This document shows, piece after piece, positions 28,993-35,651 of a stretch of 64,000 nt of DNA. A program made the position numbers and the translations under genes. Source of the stretch: a virus. The stretch covers positions 253-64,252 of IMG/VR virus record IMGVR_UViG_3300031162_001603; one strand, written 5' to 3'. The stretch's first letter is position 1. Every line of letters begins with the position of its first letter. The notes below the pieces were generated by a model that worked only from the letters and a program-made list of their open reading frames with translations, was not told the origin of the DNA and searched no databases.

Positions 28993-30681
28993 ATGATAGA
29001 TAATATTTTAAAAGAAATAGAAGAATTATATGTTAGCGATAATAGTATTAGGTCAATTTCTATTAAAACTAAAAAAAGCACAACTTTTATAAGTGACCAT
29101 CTTAAAAAAGTTGGTTTATTCGTAAATAATAATAAACAAAAATACAACCCAGATTTAAATAGATTTAAAACCGAAGATGAATATGAATTTAAAATTGTGT
29201 GTAAAAAAACAGAAAAAGTTTTTAAAGACTATACAAATAAAAGTGGAGTATTAACAAATCATCTGCTTGAGTTATATCCAGATATTGTATTAATGTCTCC
29301 ATTTAAACGTAGGGAGCAATTAAGGAGAACAGGGGTTTATTGGTTTGAAGAGTTTTTTACTATTAAGAAATTCAAAAAAGAGGAATTTGAAAGGAAACAG
29401 TGTAAATATTGTGATTGGACAACAGTTGATGTGCAAAATAAATCAGGTTGGTATAGTACACATTTAAAAAAAGAGCATAATATCTCTATAGAACAGTATG
29501 TAGAAGAATTTCCAGAGGAAAAAGAGTTATTTAGTACCTACTTACAAAAATATGAGCTTAGAAAATTTATAGAATCAGATAAAAAAAATCATATAGAATG
29601 CAAATTGTGTAATAAGAAATTTCTTAAAATAACAAACTCTCATTTGCTACATAAACATGGCATTTCTCTAGAAGAATATAAAATGGAATATTCTACAAAT
29701 ACATTAAGTAAAAAAACACTAGAAGTGCAAAGAGAAATTTATGAGAAGGGGTTGAGGCTTTATGAACCGAAATTTACATCTAAAGGACATACTGAAATAA
29801 TAGACTTATTAAACAGCTATAATATACAATTTAGCGTAAATGATAAAAAAGTTTTAAATGGAGTAGAATTAGACATATATATCCCAGATAAAAAAATTGC
29901 CATAGAATATAATGGACTATATTATCATTCAGAGGTAACTGGTAAAAAGAAGAGAAGCTTTCATCTATCAAAAACTAAATTATGCGAAAAAGAAGGTATT
30001 CAGTTATTGCATATATTTGAAGATGAATGGTTGTTAAAAAAAGAAATAGTTATTTCTAAAATTAAACATATAATTAACATTAATGATTCTGATATTATTC
30101 ATGCTAGGAAGTGTGAAATTAAAGAATCTACAAAACAAGAAAAAGATAATTTTTTAGAAAAAAATCATATACAAGGTGCAGATAATTCAAATTTATGTAT
30201 AGGAGCCTATTATGAAGATAAACTAGTTGCTGTTATGACTTTTGACAATAAAAGAAATATGGTTGTAAATCATAAAAATAATAGCCTAGATTATGAATTA
30301 AAAAGATTTTCTTCAGATATAAACTACAGAATATCAGGAATATCAAGTAGACTTATAAAATATTTTATAAAACAATATAGTCCTAATAAAATAATTAGCT
30401 TTGCAGATAGATGCTGGTCAACCAACTCTTTAGATAATAGTTTGTATATAAAACTTGGATTCTATTTAAACAAAACCCTAGGCCCAGACTACAAGTATTT
30501 TAATCCTAAAATAGCTAGAAATAAAAGATTACATAAATTTTCATTTGGAAAATCTTCTCTTAAAATAAAATTTAAAGATATATATTCAGACAAAAAAACA
30601 GAATGGGAAATGATGCAAGAAATGGGATATGATAGAATATGGGATTGCGGTAAATTTAAATTTGTATTAGATTTGCTGTAA
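28993..30681 (+). CDS. Free-standing Hef-like homing endonuclease (Zn-finger N-terminus, PD-(D/E)xK/DUF559-like nuclease, GNAT-like C-terminus)
   Basis: CKYC/CKLC-H-H fingers, ELDIYIPDKKIAIEYNGLYYHSE, HIFEDEW, ARKCEIK, ISFADRCWS, YDRIWDCG. Confidence 0.75.
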   Translation: MIDNILKEIEELYVSDNSIRSISIKTKKSTTFISDHLKKVGLFVNNNKQKYNPDLNRFKTEDEYEFKIVCKKTEKVFKDYTNKSGVLTNHLLELYPDIVLMSPFKRREQLRRTGVYWFEEFFTIKKFKKEEFERKQCKYCDWTTVDVQNKSGWYSTHLKKEHNISIEQYVEEFPEEKELFSTYLQKYELRKFIESDKKNHIECKLCNKKFLKITNSHLLHKHGISLEEYKMEYSTNTLSKKTLEVQREIYEKGLRLYEPKFTSKGHTEIIDLLNSYNIQFSVNDKKVLNGVELDIYIPDKKIAIEYNGLYYHSEVTGKKKRSFHLSKTKLCEKEGIQLLHIFEDEWLLKKEIVISKIKHIININDSDIIHARKCEIKESTKQEKDNFLEKNHIQGADNSNLCIGAYYEDKLVAVMTFDNKRNMVVNHKNNSLDYELKRFSSDINYRISGISSRLIKYFIKQYSPNKIISFADRCWSTNSLDNSLYIKLGFYLNKTLGPDYKYFNPKIARNKRLHKFSFGKSSLKIKFKDIYSDKKTEWEMMQEMGYDRIWDCGKFKFVLDLL

Positions 30682-30693
30682 ATATTTCCATTT

Positions 30694-31056
30694 TTATATA
30701 TTGATATCACTTACTGAGCCGAAAATATTCTTTCTAATATTTTTTTTAGATATTAACTAAGTATTTACATTTGCAGAATACAATATAACTCCTTCGCTTT
30801 TTAATTTCAGTATATTATTGACCTAATCTGACCTGTCTTTTTTATAATCATTCAATATCTCCTCACTTTCTTTAGAGTTTGGGTCAATTTTATTAAAGTT
30901 AATAAGTTTTTTTAATGAATCTAAAGGTATTTCGTTAACTATTCTTCTTGACATCTCTCTAAAAATATACTCTTCATCAACTTCTTTGTGTATAAATATC
31001 TCAGAAGTTACTTTAATCTAAACTTTGTGTTCCATTTTTTTAAATTCTTCTTTCAT
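30694..31056 (-). pseudogene. Amber-interrupted reading frame (pseudogene or TAG-readthrough gene)
   Basis: ATG 31056 to TAA 30694 with no TAA/TGA but in-frame TAG at 31020, 30825 and 30759; starts 12 nt after the upstream stop. Confidence 0.5.
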
Positions 31057-31068
31057 ACGGTAAATTAA

Positions 31069-31317
31069 TTAATATTTTCCTTTTAATTCAGATAATTTAG
31101 AAGGAAAACCTCCAAATTTCATTAAATATTCATCATCTTTTTCATTAACACAACAGCTTTTTACATCTTTAAGTTTAAAATTATACTCCTCAGACTTCTC
31201 CAGAAGATATGTATCAGCTCTTCCTTCTCCGAGAGTATGACCTTGGTCTATTAGATTCCCATCAATAAAAAGACCTTCCCAAGAATCTTCTTCAGAATTT
31301 AAAATAAGTACATTCAT
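31069..31317 (-). CDS. Hypothetical protein
   Basis: 82-aa ORF preceded by TTTG-N19-TATTTTTG on the minus strand (31371..31341). Confidence 0.7.
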   Translation of the reverse strand: MNVLILNSEEDSWEGLFIDGNLIDQGHTLGEGRADTYLLEKSEEYNFKLKDVKSCCVNEKDDEYLMKFGGFPSKLSELKGKY

Positions 31318-31361
31318 TTATTTGATTATATAATTACTTACAAAAATATATAAAAAAAGTA

Positions 31362-31961
31362 TTATTTCAAAATACTTTTTACAATTGACCTAATTTCGTT
31401 AAGTGTCTTGTGTGATTGATAATATCTTAAAGCCTCTGGTTTGAACATTGTGAATTCGCCAGGATTTGGAGATAAACCCATTCTAATTAATGTGTTAAGA
31501 TATTGTATTTGCTGTTTAGCATCAAGGTAATTGAGTTCCTCTGGAGTAAAAGTTACATCAATTGAGTACTTTATTTTCTCATCAACATAATACTTTCTAA
31601 GCTCATCATTACTTAGTAGATTAAATTCTTCAGGTGACATCTGAACTCCAGATGTAATTGTCTTTCTTATATATTGTTTCTGAAGTTCTGGTGATAATCT
31701 TTCTAATTCTGACTTGTCAAGAAATCTTTTATTCCAAATATAAATTTCTTTTTCTTTGTCAGATAATTCATTAAATTCATAATCATCAAACCAGTTTGAT
31801 GTTCTTACTCTATTATAAAAATATTTATCTCTATTTTCTGGAACCAGGTAATTAATTTCTTCTGGAGATAGCTTAACATTTTGAAGAACAAGATTATTTA
31901 CGAAAACATTTTTTTGCTCGGTATTCATATCTTGAAACCTATATCTATCAAAATTTATCAT
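31362..31961 (-). CDS. Helical-repeat hypothetical protein
   Basis: About six ~25-aa repeats (SPEEFNLLSxxxxxxY); C-terminal LNEIRSIVKSILK; late motif at 31983-31989. Confidence 0.7.
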   Translation of the reverse strand: MINFDRYRFQDMNTEQKNVFVNNLVLQNVKLSPEEINYLVPENRDKYFYNRVRTSNWFDDYEFNELSDKEKEIYIWNKRFLDKSELERLSPELQKQYIRKTITSGVQMSPEEFNLLSNDELRKYYVDEKIKYSIDVTFTPEELNYLDAKQQIQYLNTLIRMGLSPNPGEFTMFKPEALRYYQSHKTLNEIRSIVKSILK

Positions 31962-32045
31962 AAAAAACTCATTTTATCTACTATAAATAGTCTAAACAAA
32001 TAGGAATCAAGTTTTCTCAGCCTATTTATAATAAAAATTATAATT

Positions 32046-32330
32046 ATGGCTTTTCACAACACAAATTGGACCGTAGTTCCATTACCAATAGGTACTTACA
32101 CACTTGGCGACTTAGGAAACGGATTATCAGCTTCTACTGTACACGAGGTTTACTGTATCGCAGATGGTACAGCAACTATTACTGCTATGGGAGGAGGAAC
32201 ATTTGATTTTGCAGCAACTGCTGGTCAAAAAGTAAACGTAATGTGTTCTAATGTAGTGGTTGTTTCTGGGGATTTTGTAGGATTCAAAGCAAATCATCAG
32301 GCTAACTATAGACAACAGGTAGGACTTTAA
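32046..32330 (+). CDS. Small putative virion protein
   Basis: Beta-rich 94 aa; late motif at 32023; first gene of the neck operon. Confidence 0.65.
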   Translation: MAFHNTNWTVVPLPIGTYTLGDLGNGLSASTVHEVYCIADGTATITAMGGGTFDFAATAGQKVNVMCSNVVVVSGDFVGFKANHQANYRQQVGL

Positions 32331-32350
32331 AAATTAATAAAACTTAGAAC

Positions 32351-33541
32351 ATGAGTGTATTTTGCGCAGAGGGGTGTCTTACTGGTATGACCAGTACAGA
32401 GAAAAATCAGATTTTCCGAAGAATTAGGAGAAAGATTGGTGCGCCTGTTATGGGGGTGGAATTAGTTGATGAGCAGATAGAGGAATGTATCTGTGAAGCA
32501 ATAGAGGAGTATTCTTCATACATAAATGACTGGGTTCTTAGAAATAGGCTTGGAGAGATGCTTGGTCTGCCTTCAGAAGTGGATTTTACATTAAAATATG
32601 TTTCCAATAGTCTTTATTTCGAAAGGTCTTATGCGACTGATATAGGTGAGCAAATAGGTCTTGGAGCTAACGGAACAACGGAGGTTAAAACAACTTCTAT
32701 AAATTTAACTGCTGGTACTCAAGATTATAGTGTACCTGAGGGAAGAGAGATTTTAGACATTCTTTGGTTTACTCCTTCTTTCATAAATTTATTTGGACTT
32801 GACCCTTTTGCTAATTCAAATATCGCATTTAGTGAGTTTGGAGCTTCATTTGCAGGGCATTCTCTTTATTCAGTAATGCCTGTTTTTGATACAATAATGA
32901 CCGCTCAGGCTGCTGAACTTAGAAATAGAGTAAGGGGTTCTGAATATCATTACATAATCAGGCCTGGACCAGATGGCACAAAAACAGTTAAGTTATTTCC
33001 AGTACCTAGGTCAAGCGGAGCTGTTGCTGGAGGTAATAGTAATATGGGAATTGGTGGTGGAGCTGGTACTCCAGGTACTGTGTTTTATACATATAGAGAT
33101 AGGGTTGGATATTATGGTAATTCTAGTTTTAGTGGTATGAACGCTAATCCAGGGTATTCAGCAAGTACAGAGACAGAACAGGGTAATGGTTTGGTTTCAG
33201 GCCCAGGTGATGCTCAACTTAATTATATCAACTGGAATCAACTTAATTCTGTTGCTCAAACTTGGATTAAAAAATACGCCCAAGCACTTGCTAAAGAGTT
33301 ACTTGGTATTGGTATTAGAGGTAAGTTTAATGGACAGCTACCAATACCTGGGGCTGAATTAACATTAAATAAAGATGACCTTATTTCAACAGGTAGGGAG
33401 GACCAGCAAAGACTAATGGATAAGCTTGAAAAAGACCTTGAGGAGCTTTCTTATGATAGAATAATGGAAAAAAGAGCTGCAGTGCAAGAGGCTGTAAATA
33501 GAACTCTTATGTACGTTCCTATGAAAATATTTACATACTAA
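32351..33541 (+). CDS. Neck protein (T4 gp13-like)
   Basis: RRKIGAPVMGVELVDEQIEECI, WIKKYAQALAKELLG..RGKF...PIPGAELTLN. Confidence 0.85.
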   Translation: MSVFCAEGCLTGMTSTEKNQIFRRIRRKIGAPVMGVELVDEQIEECICEAIEEYSSYINDWVLRNRLGEMLGLPSEVDFTLKYVSNSLYFERSYATDIGEQIGLGANGTTEVKTTSINLTAGTQDYSVPEGREILDILWFTPSFINLFGLDPFANSNIAFSEFGASFAGHSLYSVMPVFDTIMTAQAAELRNRVRGSEYHYIIRPGPDGTKTVKLFPVPRSSGAVAGGNSNMGIGGGAGTPGTVFYTYRDRVGYYGNSSFSGMNANPGYSASTETEQGNGLVSGPGDAQLNYINWNQLNSVAQTWIKKYAQALAKELLGIGIRGKFNGQLPIPGAELTLNKDDLISTGREDQQRLMDKLEKDLEELSYDRIMEKRAAVQEAVNRTLMYVPMKIFTY

Positions 33542-33545
33542 TTAA

Positions 33546-34118
33546 ATGGCTGATTTAAACGAAATAGGTAGACAACCAGATGGATTCAATGAAGATGAAT
33601 CTAAACCAGATGGTGTTGGATTATTTTTTGGAGATAAAGAGCGTGCGTTTTTTAGCCAATCTGGAAGAGAAATGACTGAAAATATCCTTCAAGAGTCTAT
33701 GATGCTCTTCAGGATAGATTTAAAAAGAACTCAAACCCATGGGATATATGGTGAAGCTAAAGCCTTTCAGAAGAATTGGAAGCCAGAATTAAAGATACTA
33801 GGTCGTATTAACGTTGAGTCAGTGGAGCCTGAATATGCAGCTGACCAGGGTCTTGTAAAAAAAGGTTTTGGACAACTTACTGCTCATATCTACATGGAAC
33901 ATCTTGAGGAGCTTGGTATTGTTAAGTATGAGCAAAATCAAATTGTTGTTTTTGACCTTAATGATGGTGATTTTATTGGATTTAAAGACCAGTACTATAA
34001 GATTATTAATAATGGTCATGCTCAAATATCTAATGAATTCTCTTGGGGTGGTGATAGAAGGTTTTATATTACCATTAGCGCTATTGAAATAGATGAGGAT
34101 GTTTTTAAAGCTAGATAA
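33546..34118 (+). CDS. Neck/head-closure protein (T4 gp14-like)
   Basis: Follows gp13; FFGDKE, IYGEAK, FDLNDGDFI, QYYKI. Confidence 0.65.
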   Translation: MADLNEIGRQPDGFNEDESKPDGVGLFFGDKERAFFSQSGREMTENILQESMMLFRIDLKRTQTHGIYGEAKAFQKNWKPELKILGRINVESVEPEYAADQGLVKKGFGQLTAHIYMEHLEELGIVKYEQNQIVVFDLNDGDFIGFKDQYYKIINNGHAQISNEFSWGGDRRFYITISAIEIDEDVFKAR

Positions 34119-34130
34119 GATATAGGTATT

Positions 34131-34170
34131 CTATATCTTCTTATATCTTCTTATATAATCTTATATAGCT
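34131..34170. repeat. Four imperfect tandem 10-bp repeats
   Basis: ctatatcttc ttatatcttc ttatataatc ttatatagct. Confidence 0.85.
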
Positions 34171-34455
34171 ACCAGACTTAGGGAAAATTCCAAAAAGATA
34201 ACGCCCCCCCTATTATCCCCCCCTCTATAAAAAGGTATTAACCTTTTTTAAAAGAGTCCTATGTGAGAGGACGCTAAGTTAATTGTTATACTTAGACTTA
34301 CACCTGCAGTGACAGGAACCAAATTGCTTTGGCGGATAATAGAGAGTTTGTTTTCCAATAAATCTGGTAAAAACTACCATGCTCAGTGCAAAATCTCTGT
34401 GAAAGAAAGCAACGCCCCCAAAAATAAAACTCGTTCACAGAGCAAAACTATGGTA
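34168..34455 (-). ncRNA. Candidate structured non-coding RNA (~290 nt), antisense to the neck/tail operon
   Basis: Nested long-range helices whose mismatches become G-U pairs only on the minus strand; four or five internal hairpins; TATTTAT motif 6 nt upstream on the minus strand. Confidence 0.6.
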
Positions 34456-34461
34456 AATGTA

Positions 34462-34468
34462 ATAAATA
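34462..34468 (-). promoter_or_regulatory. Late-promoter motif TATTTAT pointing into the structured region
   Basis: Plus-strand ATAAATA at 34462-34468. Confidence 0.5.
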
Positions 34469-34518
34469 AAAACTACGATTTCAAGAAATCTTTTAACTAT
34501 TTATTAAAAAATAAACTA

Positions 34519-35232
34519 ATGGCAATAAATGATAATATAGGGAGGGAGCTTGATAAGGATTTTGAGAACTTTAATTATTTGCCTCAAAAGCTTGAGCTTG
34601 AAGACCTTGACCAAGGAATAAAAACTTTTATTGGAGACCTAGATATAAGTATGGTAAATGAAAATGGTATACTTGCAAAAGTTCCTATTATTTGGCTTGC
34701 TCAAGAGTTATGGGCAGAAAGAAAGCTTAATTGGAAAGAAATGAGAAGTGAAGTTGGGGAAGAAATAACAAGACCATTTATGACTATCTATAGAAACTCT
34801 GTTGTTCCTGGTACTTCTCCTCTTAAAAGAACTATACCAAAGAAGATGAGGTTTAGATTTGTTAAGGTCCCTGTTTTTGATGGAACTCTAAAGGGGTATG
34901 ATTTATATAAAATACCACAACCAGTTTGGGTAGACTCAACATACACACTAAGTTTATTTACACATTATATGGTTGATGTAAATACTTTTTATCAAATGAT
35001 ATTATCTGAAGGGTATTCAGACGGGCAAGGTTATATGAAAATTAATGGATACAACATAAGTTCAAAAATAAGCGACCCAAGTGAAAATAACAAAACAGAT
35101 ATAAATCAGGAGAAGGTTTATAGGATTGATGTTCCTATTACGGTTCATGGCAAATTGATTGACCCAACTAAATTTGAAAAAGTAAATACAATCACTAAGG
35201 TATTAATTAAAATTTCGGAGAAAAGAAGATAA
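34519..35232 (+). CDS. Tail terminator/completion protein (gp15-like)
   Basis: Position between neck and sheath; KVPIIW, RPFMTIYR, PQPVWVDSTY; start moved to ATG 34519 behind TATTTAT at 34498. Confidence 0.6.
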   Translation: MAINDNIGRELDKDFENFNYLPQKLELEDLDQGIKTFIGDLDISMVNENGILAKVPIIWLAQELWAERKLNWKEMRSEVGEEITRPFMTIYRNSVVPGTSPLKRTIPKKMRFRFVKVPVFDGTLKGYDLYKIPQPVWVDSTYTLSLFTHYMVDVNTFYQMILSEGYSDGQGYMKINGYNISSKISDPSENNKTDINQEKVYRIDVPITVHGKLIDPTKFEKVNTITKVLIKISEKRR

Positions 35233-35282
35233 ATCAATAATGTTTTATCTTTTTTCTTCTATTTATAATAAAGTTTGAATAG

Positions 35283-35612
35283 ATGGATATTAGGAACAAA
35301 AAGAATATGGCTAATTATGTAAATTATAAGATAGCTGGAATTGCAAAAAAAACTATAATCCCTGCTGGTAAAACAGTAACTATACCCGCATTGACTAGTA
35401 AAGTGCAAATAACAAATTTCGGAGATTTTCAGAGAGGATTTTTTGAAATAGTAGCTGGGAAAATAGAAGAGAAAGAAGTAATAGAAACTAAAGAGCCGAA
35501 AGTATCTTTAAAAAATGTTTCAAAAAAAACCTCTAAAAAGAAGCTTAAAGAAGATTCTTTGGGCAAAGTAAAAAAAGAGGTAAAAGATTATACTGAAAAG
35601 GATAAAAAATAA
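35283..35612 (+). CDS. Small basic hypothetical protein
   Basis: Lys-rich C-terminus; late motif at 35260. Confidence 0.65.
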   Translation: MDIRNKKNMANYVNYKIAGIAKKTIIPAGKTVTIPALTSKVQITNFGDFQRGFFEIVAGKIEEKEVIETKEPKVSLKNVSKKTSKKKLKEDSLGKVKKEVKDYTEKDKK

Positions 35613-35651
35613 CAGAAAAAAAAGTAACTAACAAAAATTAATAATAGAGAT

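Noticed and set aside
34168-34455. Identification of the structured element as a group I intron, cobalamin riboswitch, tmRNA or RNase P
   Set aside because: It does not interrupt a gene, and I found none of the P7 core, B12-box, tmRNA acceptor ends or RNase P GGAAAGUC motifs; only a short GUCACUG resemblance
34309-34518. 70-aa N-terminal extension of the tail terminator given in the ORF track
   Set aside because: A late motif at 34498 directly precedes ATG 34519; the extension has atypical composition and overlaps the structured element
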